Assembly (NCBI GenBank): GCA_958009085.1
Contig: OY253669.1
Coordinates: 496,001 to 560,000, forward strand
DNA: 64,000 bases
Direction: 5' to 3'
Source: Protoeuglena noctilucae
Taxonomy: Eukaryota
Within the stretch, counting starts at the first letter, position 1. Every line of letters starts with the position of its first letter. A model generated the notes under the pieces. It saw only the letters and a list, made by a program, of their open reading frames with translations, was not told the origin of the DNA and did no database searches. Shown here piece after piece: positions 1 to 12,150 of the stretch. The position numbers and the translations under genes were made by a program.

Positions 1-2729
1 GATATCTGAGACACGGACCCCGGTCCGGGGGAGTCGTTGTCATCCGCTGGAGTGGCCTTGAAGGAAGAGGACTTGGTGGGGCGCATGTACCTGGGGGGGG
101 GGGTGAGGGTGAGGGGGGTGCAAGGCATGGCATTACAGCACGGCATTACAGCACGTGCGAGCATGCAAACAGAGGAGTGGGGTGCCAAAGCCAGAGCAGG
201 GCGTGGCGGATTGAGGCATACACCCGCTCGCCCTCTCTCGCAATCAATAACAAGAGCGACAGTCGCAACAATCACCCATCCCCATCCCCTCGTCTCTCAC
301 CCCGGCGTGGGCCCCGAACTGGCCTCCCCCCTCAGGTGCGAGGGGTTGTGCACGCGAGCCTCAGAGATCGCCGTCAGTCCCCCCAGGGTGGGCGCGCTGG
401 GGCCCGCGGCGGATGCGGCGTCGTAGACCCTCTTGGCCCACACGGCGATGCCCGCAGCGGCCAGGGACACCGTGCGCAGGCTCTGGGGGGGGGGGGTTAC
501 GGGGTGTGGAATGCGCTGAGGTGCATGAGAAACCGTACGCAGGCTCTGTGTGTGGGGGGGGGGGGGGGGGGGGAGGAGTTAGAGGGAGGGAGAGGTGGGA
601 TGGTGGGGTGTTGACAGCGCTGAGGTGCATGAGACACCGTGCGCAGGCTCTGAGGTGAGGGGAGAGGGGTTTAAGGGGGGTAGAGATGGGATGGTGGTGC
701 TTTGAAGGTGGTGTTGACTGCGCTGATGCTCACTAGACACCCAAGTCACCCTATACATGCATGGCACTCCCCCCGCATCGCCATCACCCTCATGCACTCC
801 TACATACACTCCAACCACCCCAAACTCTCCCTCCCCCGCCCAAACCACCCACCTCCGGCTCCAGCGCCCCCCTCTCCAGCAGCACCCCCACCCTGTGCAG
901 CGCCTCGGGTGCAATGCTGAGCTTGTCCGCGTCGTTGTGCAGGATACACCGATCGGCCACGTCCTGTAGCCTATTCAAGAACCGATTGACGTCGTGCATC
1001 ATCGATAGAGCCGTCTTCCACCAATCGGGGGCGTGGGTCTTGCCCTTGGGAGTGGCGTTGCGTACGGGAACCATCACGGGGGACTGCCCCAGCAGCAAGC
1101 TCACGGCCTCAAACACCGGGATGACGGCGGGGGAGGGGGTGCGGAGGGCGCGCAGCATGGATATTTCTGGCTTGGAGATGCCCAGCAAGGCGATGTCAAT
1201 CATGCCGGTGTCGTCGGCCTCGGGGGCGGGGGCGGCCGGGGCGGACTCGGCGGCGGGGCGGGCGCGGGCGGGGGTGTCGGAAGCGCGCCTGGGGGGGGAG
1301 GGGGTTGGGGGGTGGATGTGGATGGAGAGGGAGAGGGATGGGGAGGAGGGTGGGGTGGGGTGGGTTTGGAGGGAGGGGGTGTGTGAGTGGATAATAAGGC
1401 GACGGAAGTGGGGGTGTTTGAGGCGCTCCTGGGGGGGGGGGGTTGAGAGGGGTGGGGTGGAGTGGGGGGGTGAGGTGGATGGGTGGCTAACGTGTGGGTC
1501 ACGAGGTGCATGTTGTACAGGGGCAGTTGCGTAGGGATCGACGTCCCGCACCGCACTGCGTTGTGTAAAGGCCGCAGCGAGCACAGGAGGGGTCACCCAA
1601 GCAACCATGCACACGACCACGCCTCGCTCTGTGTATGGCATGCCTAGGCAGGTAGCATGTATGTAGCATGCGTGTCCCTCACTTGAGTTTCTCGATGAGG
1701 GCGGGCTGCGTGGCCTGGTTGAGGCTCCAGATGCCGATGAGGACGGCGTGGAGCTTCTGGATTTCCGGGCCGGCCGTGCGCACCGCTGGAGGGGGGGGGG
1801 GTTGGAGGGCGTATGAGTGAGTGGGCATGTGGTGATGCATACTGCGACAAACGGTGGCTGGCATGACATGGTATAACGTGTGTAATGGAGAAAGACACGA
1901 GAGCCGCAGCGACGGGTGGTGCGGCACCGTTGACGTCGTCACCCCCACGCACGGCTGCACTCCTGCTGCCACCCCACCCCCACCCATACCACCCCCTCAC
2001 CCCCTCCCGACGTGAGCATCTCCTCCTTCATGTGCGTGATGAGCACGCGCAGCTTGGCCGCGCTCAGCGGCGACGTCAGGGCCTCCCCCAGCGCCGCGAC
2101 TAGGCCCGACGCGTCCCTCAGGGCCAGCTTGGTCGCCGTCCACGACACGCCCTTCTCGCCATAGTGGCCTGCAAAGATGGGGATAGATGAAAGAGGATGG
2201 AAGATAAGAAATGTGGAGCATGGGCATGGGGCACAGGAGACGAGGGTACGGGCGATTGCCATGCTCTCCCCGTAGTGGCCTGGGGGGACGGGGATAGGTG
2301 TCATGTGGGTGGATGGGTGGATAAGGAAACTAGAGATGCCGCGTTCTCGCCGCAGCACATCCGCACCTTCACCCGCAGCAGCCGTGCCCATGCACCCTCA
2401 CCCGGCCCCATACGCAATGTTAGCAATACCCACACCCGTAAGCACCCTCACCGCACCCCCACACACTACCATCACCACCCCCACCCCCACTCGCATCACT
2501 CACCCGCGGCCGCCATGACCCCGTCCATCACCATCCGCACCCCCGCGGGCGGCCGGGCCAGCGTCCGCACGCGGTTGAAGTCGTCCCTGGTTAACGACGC
2601 CAGCGCCGCCAGCCCCGCACGCACCCTGCTCTTGGCCCCCGGTGACTCCACGGCGTCCAGCACCGCCTCGTCGAGGGCCTGGCGGGTCAGCGACACCTGG
2701 CGCATCGCGGGGAAGGCGCCGGGGTCGCC
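1..2729 (-). CDS. Partial multi-exon gene encoding a protein with two dynein heavy-chain stalk microtubule-binding-domain (MTBD)-like repeats; 5' end unresolved near gap 1, 3' end beyond the window
   Basis: Exons ~2501-2729 (LAALASLTRDDFNRVRTLARPPAGVRMVMDGV), ~2001-2169 (VSWTATKLALRD), ~1683-1785, ~853-1288 (ISKPEISMLRALRTPSPAVIPVFEAVSLLLG...WWKTALSMM..FLNRL), ~301-483 (SLRTVSLAAAGIAVWAKRVY) and 1-91 (YMRPTKSSSFK). These match the dynein stalk pattern L-x-K-x-D-x-x-E-x-x-x-x-x-x-P-P-x-x-V-x-x-V-x-E-A-V...W...S-x-A-x-x-G-x-x-x-W. Confidence 0.6.
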
Positions 2730-2911
2730 TGGGGGGGTAGGGGGGGGGGTGTGGGTTGCGGTGACGGTCACGGAAGGGGGTGCAGAGATGGTGTGGTAGC
2801 GGGGGAACGCGGGAGTTGTGGAACTATACAAGAATTGGGGGCAAGAGGGGCTCGGGAGGATTGTAGAGGGCCACCGTCATCGCCGTGACCAGGGTCAAAA
2901 GCGCCTGCCTT

Positions 2912-3111
2912 NNNNNNNNNNNNNNNNNNNNNNNNNNNNNNNNNNNNNNNNNNNNNNNNNNNNNNNNNNNNNNNNNNNNNNNNNNNNNNNNNNNNNNNNN
3001 NNNNNNNNNNNNNNNNNNNNNNNNNNNNNNNNNNNNNNNNNNNNNNNNNNNNNNNNNNNNNNNNNNNNNNNNNNNNNNNNNNNNNNNNNNNNNNNNNNNN
3101 NNNNNNNNNNN
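2912..3111. other. Scaffold gap (200 N)
   Basis: Run of N; the round length suggests a placeholder gap. Confidence 0.99.
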
Positions 3112-3385
3112 TGTAGTAGGACAGGCGGAACGACGAGACCTGCAATGGGAGAGGGGTATGTTATTAACTGTCAGCAGTGGTTCATGAGCGTGCAGTAGGA
3201 GAGGCGGAAGGAGGAGACCTGGAGCTAAAGAAGGGTTCTTATTCATTGTCATCAGTGGTTCAGCAGCGTGTAGTAGGACAGGCGGAAGGAGGAGACCTGC
3301 GATGGGTGAGGGGGTGGCGATGTGGGTGTGAGCTGTGGTTAAGGTGTGTGTAGAGTAGTAAGGCTGGCGGAAGGAAGAGACCTGG
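3112..3385 (-). repeat. Four diverged copies (~80 bp spacing) of the MTR4 acceptor plus exon start CAG|GTCTCCTCCTTCCGCCTGTCCTACTAC
   Basis: Copies end at about 3142, 3221, 3299 and 3384. The copy near 3257-3299 reads [14 protein letters not shown] then a stop. Confidence 0.85.
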
Positions 3386-6300
3386 GAGGGAGAGAGAGGT
3401 AAAGGAAGGGAGCATGGCAAGTGATGCTTGTCTTGAGGCATACAGGGTCAGACGGGGTTGGGGTACCCCATCGTCCTCACCAGTGGCGCGGGCGTGCCCG
3501 CGATCATCGCCTTGCAGTCCGCCTTCTCCAAACTGGCATCCACCATCAGAATGACCACGCCACGATCGTCCTGTGATGTTTGACAAGCATGGGCGACAGT
3601 AACAGTCGGGCAGACGTGGGAGGGTATGAAGCATCAGGGCCACACAGATATGACTCTCACCCAGCACTCTCTATTAACGCTCTATGCCACAAATCATTGA
3701 AAGCCACGCTCACACCTCGCACCATTCACCCTGCCCACCCAATCCTCTCCCCGCGACCCCCACTCACCTTCCCACCCTCTCCCTTCAACCCCCCCACCCA
3801 CCCCACCCTCTCCCACCCCCAACGCTCACCTTCCCCCTCCTCCCCGCCCTCCCCGACATCTGGATGCACTCCCCGCTGGTCAAAAACCTGTTCTGCTCTC
3901 CGTCCCATTTCTGCACAGCAGTGAACACCACTGTGCGCGCGGGCATGTTGAGCCCCATGGCGAAGGTCTCGGTGGCAAACAGCACCTTGATGAGCTGCTC
4001 CTGCGGGTTGTGAAGGCGAGAGGTGAATGAGTGAGAGATGTGAAGGTGACTGAGGTGGCAAAGAGCATATTTATGAGCTGTTCCTGGGGAGAGGGATGGA
4101 GAGAAGATGAGTTGATGTAAATGACACTGAGAGGTGTGGAGTGATCGATGATTTTCACAAGAGACAACAGGAGGTCGATGGAACAGGATCGAGGAGACTC
4201 CCATACATGTCGGTACAGTCACTGCTAGCATGTTGATACCATCACTGATATCACATATGCTCACCTGGAACAGGATCTCGATGAGCTCCTTCAATATGGG
4301 CAGCAGCCCCGAGTGGTGGATGCCCACGCCCCGCTTCAGCAGCGGCAGGATGCGATCAATCGCTGGCAAGTTGCGGTCCTCCTCCTTCAGGCACTGCAGC
4401 GCGTTGTCGAAGACCTGCAAGGGGAGAGCGATGAAGAGTTACGATTTGATAAAATCATACATACATGAGAGACTGGGCATGGAGAGCGAAACACCTCCTC
4501 TTCCACCCCACACACACACTCTCTCTCCCCCACCCTCTCACCTCCCCACGGCGTCCAACTCTACACCCGCACCCACACCCTCACCCACACCCACGCCACA
4601 CGCATACACACATACCCCTCACCTCCCCCACCGCCTCCGCCTCCTCATCTATACACACCCTCACATCTATACACACCCACCCCCACCCATACCCCCTCAC
4701 CTCCCCCACCGCCTCAGCTTCTTCGTCGGTGTTGAACGACAGCGCCTGTGCCGCATACGCATACTGCTCGCACTCGTGGCGGGAGAAGCTGAACACGATG
4801 CAGGGATCCAGTGCCTTGTCCTTCACCAATCGAAGCAGCCTGGTCAAGTCCTGCAGGACGTGGACCTTGTTGCGGCGCTTGTCGGTCGTGGGGAGCTTGC
4901 GGCCCTTGCCGTCCTTGTCCTTGTCGGCAGCCTTGCCGCTCTTGTCGGCCTGGGATGGAGAGAGAGGTGGGGGAGTAGTGAGGGTGGGGAATGGGGTAAG
5001 GTGGCAGTGGGGTAGGGGGAGTGTTGAGTGGGGTGGTGAGGTGGCAGTGGTGGGGTTGTGAGGGAGGGAAATGGGGTGAGGCGGCAGTGGGGTAGTGAGG
5101 GTGGGGAGCGGGGTTGGGGGTTGGCAGCGATCCATTGAGGGTGTGAGCAGTCCCAACCACCCACCCATCCAACCATCCATCTTTACCCCCCCATCCCTTT
5201 CATTTCCACTACACTCTTCTGCAACCAACCACCCCCACAAGTCACAAGCCATCACCCCACTCGCCTTGCCCCCCCGCCCCCGCCCCTCCTCCCCCTCCCC
5301 CTCCACCCCCTCCCCCTCCTTCCCCACCCCAAACGAGTCCCGCAGCTCCTCGAAGTTTCTGTCCTTGAAATTCCCGAACTCGTCTTTCACCAGGAATAGT
5401 CCCTTGCCGCCCTCTGGGAACGCGTAGTGCTGCAGGGGGGTGGGGCGGTACTCTGCGGGTGGATGTGGAGAGATAGGGGAGTGGGTCAGGGTGGGTGGTG
5501 GAGAGTAATTGAGGGGGCCACTCCGCATGGGTTGAGAGGGTGACCAAAACACAACCGTACATCCGCAACACAACGACAGCAGCCCCCTTGCCATTATCTG
5601 TATCAAGCAGCATGGTCACCCTTCTGTCCTATGAACGACCAACCCCCTCCACATGTCTGCCACCCCCCCACCCCACCCCCCCCCACTCACCCGTGTACAC
5701 GACATGCGTGGGCTGCTTGCGCAGGTGGCACACCCACTCGGCAAACTCTCGGCTGTTGCTAAGCGTGGCGGACAGGAACACCATCTTGACCGTATCTGGC
5801 AGGAAGATAATCGTCTCTTCCCACACCACGCCCCTGTCCTTGTCCTGCATGTAGTGCACCTCGTCAAACACCACCCAGGCGACCTCCTTCAACACCTCGC
5901 TGCCGCGGTAGAGCATGCTGCGGAGGATCTGGGGGCAATAAGGGGGGGAGTGGGGTGGCGTGAGGGGGCGACAGGGGTGGTGGGGTGAGGGCAGGGCAGT
6001 TATCGCGGCATGCGACGTGCGATACGCCATGAGATGCCGACTGCGGTGGTCATGACAATGCAGATCAACTGTCATCGATCACAACCCCACCTCATCTCCC
6101 CACCCCCTCACCTCCGTGGTCATGACGATGCACGTCGAGTGGGGGTTGAGCGTCACGTCCCCCGTCATCAAACCCACGTCCTGGAACTCCTCCTGCAGCT
6201 CCCGGTACTTCTGGTTGCTCAACGCCTTGAGCGGGGACGTGTAGATCACCCGCTGGTTGTCCCTGCGAGGGGCAGGGGAGAGGGACGGTGAGGGCGGCAT

Positions 6301-7148
6301 GCCCACCCAAAGACAGTTGGTCGTGCGAGCAGCAGGGCAGAGCAATATGAATGGGCTCTGTTGCGCCGATATCGATGCCGTCATGTCATGCTTGTGATGC
6401 AGTTCGTAACTGCCCGTAACATGGTGTATATCGATATACATCGCAACTACTCGGCACGCACCGGAAGGCCATGGCCACCGCGTACTCTGCCACCACCGTC
6501 TTGCCCGCCGAAGTGTGCGCGGCGACCATGACGGACTCGCGACGCTCCAGGCACGCGATCGACGTCTCCTGGAAAGGGTCTAGCGTGAACGGATACGTCT
6601 TGGCGGGGGTGCCGGCGTAATTGGGAGCGTCCACCGTCCCGTGCATGGCCGGATCGAGGTCCGAGTCCCTCCAGTCCTGCGCGATGGACGCGAGCGAAGA
6701 TAAATTATTGGAGAAGCGCGGGCCGGGTCGGCGGGGACGGCCGCGCGCCGGTGGCTGCGGCCAGCACGTCTGCACGGCCCTCGCGCCACGCCGCGGCACA
6801 GACCTTTGGCAAAGCGACGTCATGAGTGCACGTCTTCGATGCGTCCGCTCCCGTAATCACGCGTGGCTTCTTCACTAATCCATCCGCCGCCTGGTGGTTG
6901 TCCCCGGACGCTTTGATGACGTCCCTGCAACCGCAGCGGAATTAGCCTATTCGAAAGCGCATATCCACGATCCCACCCCTGCGGAACATCGTACACGAAA
7001 CGTGCGAGCGAGCGGAAGCCCCCGCAATACGGCCAGGACGATGCAAAGAGCAGCCGCGACGCCGGCGACCCTTTCAGCCTCGCCTCTTCCGCTTGACGGT
7101 CTCCCTCGTGGTCGCCGCGATGGCGAGCCCCTCTGCCGTGCCCTCCAT
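3112..7148 (-). CDS. MTR4: MTR4/SKIV2L2 DExH RNA helicase, N-terminal half (RecA1 and RecA2), running into gap 1
   Basis: Exons encode [25 protein letters not shown] (Walker A), [93 protein letters not shown] and VSSFRLSYY. Probable ATG at 7148 (MEG...KRKR). Confidence 0.95.
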
Positions 7149-7584
7149 GGCACCGAGGGGCTTAGGACAGCGCTCGCTTCCAGACCCAGCGCTCCCAGCC
7201 CACTCCTGACGCACGAAAGCCGACGTGCTACTTTTCGGCGCCCCACTCGCCAGTCAGGCATGGCCGCGATGAACACGCGTAGCGCTCTCAAGAACAGCCC
7301 GTCCTCCCCTCGGTTCGCAGCGAACACAGCGCGCAGCTGGCGAGGTTGTCTGGCAGCGCAGCGCCTGTTTCCCGCGCCCACTCGACGCACCGCGCGCGCC
7401 AAGGTGTCTCCTGTGCATCTCCTGAATGAGATAGTTGGCATGTGATCGAATCTGTTCTGCCTGGCGCGCGGTCGACGCCCCCGATGCAGCACGTACGAGT
7501 TGTTTTGACTGCGTGAGCGATGCATGACGATCGCGGCGGGCTGCACAAAGCGCGCTCCCTGTTGATTGTCCTCGGGGCCCCGCC

Positions 7585-10500
7585 ATGACGGACGAGCCCG
7601 ACGAGCAAGGTGCGGAAGGGTTACATCCGTCCTGTTCCCTCGCTCCAGCGTCGCTGCGCGGCACGCCTCGCATCTGCCGCTTCGCAGGCACCGTGTCCTT
7701 CAATCTGGCGCCGCCGGAACGGAGTGCGCGCTTCGATTCGTTGGAGGATGTCTTTCCCTCCGGCGATGGCGCCGGGCCCGGGGATGAAGCTGCTGCGGAC
7801 CTGCCCACCTTCACCACGCTCGACGACGTGGTTCACTGGTGAGCATGTTACCCCACGCGGCTGCCACCTGCATGCTGAGCTCTTTCTTCCGAGGGTTTTG
7901 AGTTTTGCAACGACCCGCTGCTCAGCATCCTCGGCGACGCAGGGCGAATCAAGCCATTCAGCGCGCGAACGACGCAGCGCGACAGGCGGTGATCGCCGAG
8001 CGACTGAGAGTCGATGCGATACTGAAGCGAGAGGGGGAGCGGGAGCGGGAGCGGGAATGTGAGCGATGTGCTGCTGCCTCGCCGAGCTCGCCTCCGTCTG
8101 CGGATGCGGTTCTTCTGCAAGATTTGGCTGCGGCGCTGGGGGAGGCAGAGGACTTGCGCGCGGAGGTGGAGCGGCTCCAACAGGCGCTGGCCCAGGCGCC
8201 CGCCTCGCAAGGGTCGGGGGAGGCCCAAGCAACCGCGAGGGAGCTGGAGCGATTGCATAGGGAGATGACGGCGTTGGCGGTGCTGCGCGAGGCTGCGGAT
8301 GAGCGCGCGGCGGGGACGCAGGCGGAGCTGGAGGCCACCCGCACCACGCTGCGGACCCAGCAGCAGAACAACGCCCGCGCGGCCGCGGAGATCAAGAAAA
8401 CCCGCAGCCGGGTCAAGGAACTCGAGGAGAAGGTTGAGGAGCTGACTACCGCGAAGGTGGGGCTGCAGAGGGCGGGCCAGCGGGCGACGAGTCCAGGACA
8501 TGGCTCGGGACACGAGCGTTCGACACCTGTGTTCATGCGTGTGTCGGCCGTCCTGAGCGCTTGTTAACTGCGTTCACGCAGGACGAGCTGCAGAAGGAGT
8601 TGCGCGGGGCGAGGAAGCAGCTGAAGGACCTCAATGAAGCAAAGGCGGACCTGGAGCAGCGCTGCGAGGCTGTAGTGCTCGAAAAGCGGGACGCAGAGCG
8701 ACAGGCGAGCGATGAGCAGCGCCGATGCGATAGTGTGCAGGTTTTCAACGCTCACCACCGGCTGATGTGCGGGTCTCTCCGCCCTGCTTGCCCTTGACTG
8801 CCCACTGCGCTGTGCGTGCAGCGGGAGCGGATGCTGGCAGCCGAGCAGACGCTGCGGCAGGAGAACCTGACCATGCGGAAGGAGCTGGAGCATTTGCGCG
8901 GCGACGTCAGGACCCAGGCGGAGGTGAGCTGCGGCTTGGCGGGAGGGTCGTACCTTTGTTGCGGACAAAAGTGTGGCAGCCGCGGACCTCTGTCCGTCTC
9001 TCCAGTAATGTGGGAAAGTGGTTTCGCCATACAACACGTCTGAGTCGCTTGTATATGTAAAATGACTCGCCAAGCTTGCCTCTCAAGCCACACAGCATTG
9101 TTACCGTACTTCCCCCGCAGCGCCTCTCTTCCCTGGAGTCCCTGCTCCACCGCGCCACGACCATGTCCCAGGCGCGCGCCATCTACGATTCCGCGCGCGC
9201 CAGGGCACCGCAGCAGCCGCATCAGCCATCCCAGGCCAGCGACTCCTTGCATTTGTCACCAACTGCGAGCGCGGCACCTGCTGCATCCGCTGCGCCCGTT
9301 AATGCGACCGGGGGCGACTCCGCGGCGCCCAAGGCCTCGCGAGGGACGTCGGCGGGGAGCGGCAACCGCGCGCCGTCGGACGCGCCCACCGTGGATGTGG
9401 CGGGGGCGAATGCGGAGGGCGGGGATGGGGACGCGGAGGCGGACCGGGGGTCGGGTTGGTGAGTTATGAGTGCATGCTTGGAAATGAATGACGAGAATGA
9501 TCCATGACAATTACTATTGTTGTTTCGCGATGATGACGGATCCAACTGCGGTGCACCTCTCGACACTCCCATGTGCTTTCTCTGACACAGTCCCCTGCCT
9601 GTCCTTTGTCCCAGGCCCTCGGACCCACTGACCCTGGACCGCCCCGCACCCTCGGTGTCTCCCTCGGCCCCTCGCCCCTCAGGCGCATCCCCACCCATCA
9701 TCCTCGACGCCGTCACCCTCACCACATCGGCACCCAAGGTGACACACATGCACGCTGCTGCTACCCACGTATGCGACAGACGCATCGTTTGATCACGAGA
9801 CCCTGTTCACATGCAGTCAAGTTGCACTTGCAGTGAACCCCCACTCCCACCGCCACCCCTCTGCCCCATCGCGACCTCTCACTCTCTTCCTGTCCTCAGA
9901 GCACCTTCTTGCGCCGGTCCAAGACGGGCGGCCCACGCAAGGACCGTGGGGCGGCGGAGGTCGCGCGTGATAAGGCGGACGATGACGCGTTGTCATTGGT
10001 GAAGCGATCCGGGCCCATGCGGCGCGTGGGGAAGCTGCAGGAGATGCTCAGGCGGTCGGAGGCGGCGAGGATGGAGCTGGAGCGGGACATCATGCAGGGG
10101 GAGGTGAGACTGCAGTGCTGGTGCGAGGGTGCAGTGGTTGGTATGACATGCAGGGGGAGGTGAGTGGAAGTGTGTGGGGCTGCACTGGTTGAATGTCGTG
10201 ATGCCGGGCGAGGGAAGACAGGAGACTCGGCTCACCAAGACAGTCTCTTCCCTGACACTTACAGTCTCTCTCACGTCCCCTGCAGGACGAGCTCTCAGCT
10301 CTCCTGGCGTCCCCCACCCTCGTCTCGCGCTTCACGGGGGTCACCGCGCTCCCCACTCCCTCCCCCAGCGCGTCTGCGCTCTCTCCGTCCCAGCGCACCG
10401 ATCGCGCCGACTCACTGCTGGAGCCAACGCCCAGTTATTCCCCGGGCAAGAGCAGCGTGGGGCAGGCGGGGGTTACAAGTGCAGGGCCTGGGCCGCTGTC

Positions 10501-11224
10501 GCTGTCCCGCAGCTCCACGCTCCCCGCCGTCGCGGCCGAGCGCAGCGGGCGCAGCGTCGGGGCAGGCCCGGCGGCCGGCAGCGGGCGCCTGCGGAGAGGA
10601 GAGAGCCTGAGCGTGAAGGTCGACTCTGGCGCGTCAAGTCACTGCGATCGCGTTTCGCCACGCATGCCCTCGGACGGGGTGCCACGCATGGCCCCCGCGA
10701 CCGTCTACCGCCGCCCCGGCAGCGCACGCAACAACGCCCGGCCCACGACGCCGCGCTCTGGCACCTCGTCCCTGCGTGCGAGCGCGGACCCACCCACGGG
10801 GTCCGTGGGGCTGGCGTTGATCCAGAGTCTGCTTATGGAGGCCGCCCCGGAGTTCCGGATTGATTCCCTCCGGCAGATGCCCGCACCCTCGCCACCCCCC
10901 GGCCCCTGGCCCCTGTCTCTGTCCCCCGCGGTCGACCCGCCTAGGGGCAGCAACGTCGGTGCCACCCTACGCAAAGTGAGGGCACGGGGGGTGTGGGATG
11001 TGGTGCTTTTATAAACGTACTTGTATGAGTACTGCGCCGCCCATCCCATCCGCACTCTCACCACTCTACCCCCACCCGCACGTCACCCCCCGCAGAGCTC
11101 GTCCCGCCGTGCGGGCGCCGCACCCCCCGCCCCCGCGCCTGACCTTGCGAGGGTCTCTCCCATGGAGAAAGTCAGCTGGCTGGAATCCAAGACCTCGCTA
11201 TCCTCACGCACCCTGTGGGGGTGA
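7585..11224 (+). CDS. Multi-exon coiled-coil protein of unknown function with a Ser/Pro/Arg-rich C-terminus
   Basis: Heptad-rich exons (AEDLRAEVERLQQALAQ, KKTRSRVKELEEKVEEL, DELQKELRGARKQLKDLNEAKADLEQR, LRQENLTMRKELEHLR) joined by GT-AG introns; ends SRTLWG*. Confidence 0.65.
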
Positions 11225-11889
11225 CATGACCATCAGGACACAACATGGGCACAACGTGCGACACTACCACTACGACCACTCTGGGCATGACTGCACCGTG
11301 CACCTGTGTGCACCTGTGACACACTGCGCTTAGCATGCATGCGTGCGTGGTTGCTGGCAGCAAGGGACGGTGTGCTTGCTGCACCCCTGTGTGCTGGTCA
11401 GATGCCTCCCATTTCGATCTGGTGAGATCGGTCAGGCCTGGGGTGTGTATCCAGGGCAGTTGCGACCACAAGTTGCGACCACAACAGTGCCCCAGCCAGG
11501 GCAGGCTGGGCTTTTTCTGATTGCCGCCATGCATTATTCTTGTAATAGATGTTCCTATATTCTTCTTATGAGCTTTTGTGACCTCGTAGTCCCTCTGCCG
11601 TGCATTGGCGAGTCTCTGTCACGCCCAGGGTTTGCCCCGCATGTCCCTTTACTCAGGCTATCCACTCCACTCCTAGTCACTACCATGTATGATTCAGGGC
11701 CTTTGTGCCCGCCCTTTCAAAGGTGCCCAAAGACACGGTGGGGCCCGTGGGCCAAGGGCAGTACTGGCAGAGAAGCCCTTTACACTCAACACGGTAAATG
11801 CATCAGCGTTTGTTTTCAAATGCACGAAGCCTCACAGGTCACACCCGTCGGCCCATCCTCACAGCTGACCCGCGATGATATGCGATGGC

Positions 11890-12150
11890 CCACCCACTCC
11901 CTCACAACAGCACCCTCATCGCCATATAGTCCCTTACAGCATTTTGTCCCCTCACAACAGCCCTCTCCTCTCCACCCACTCCCTCACACCGGCATGCCCC
12001 TCCTCACAGCATCCCGTCCCCTCTCGCTACATTCCCTCACAGCGGCATTCTCTTCTCCATCCACTCCCTCACAACAACACACCCCCTCCTCACAGCAGCA
12101 TCCTCCTCTCCATCTATTCCCTCACAGCGGCATGCTCTTCTCCATCCACG
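11890..12150. repeat. Degenerate tandem repeat (ccctcaca-gc-...-tccatccact) overlapping and downstream of the stop of the kinase-phosphatase gene
   Basis: About 9-10 copies of a cctcaca core with variable spacers; the copy at ~12120-12150 is the coding C-terminus (WMEKSMPL*). Confidence 0.7.

Noticed and set aside
3112..3385. Regularly spaced repeats resembling a CRISPR array
   Set aside because: Eukaryotic context, diverged repeats derived from an MTR4 exon start, spacers related to each other, and no cas genes.
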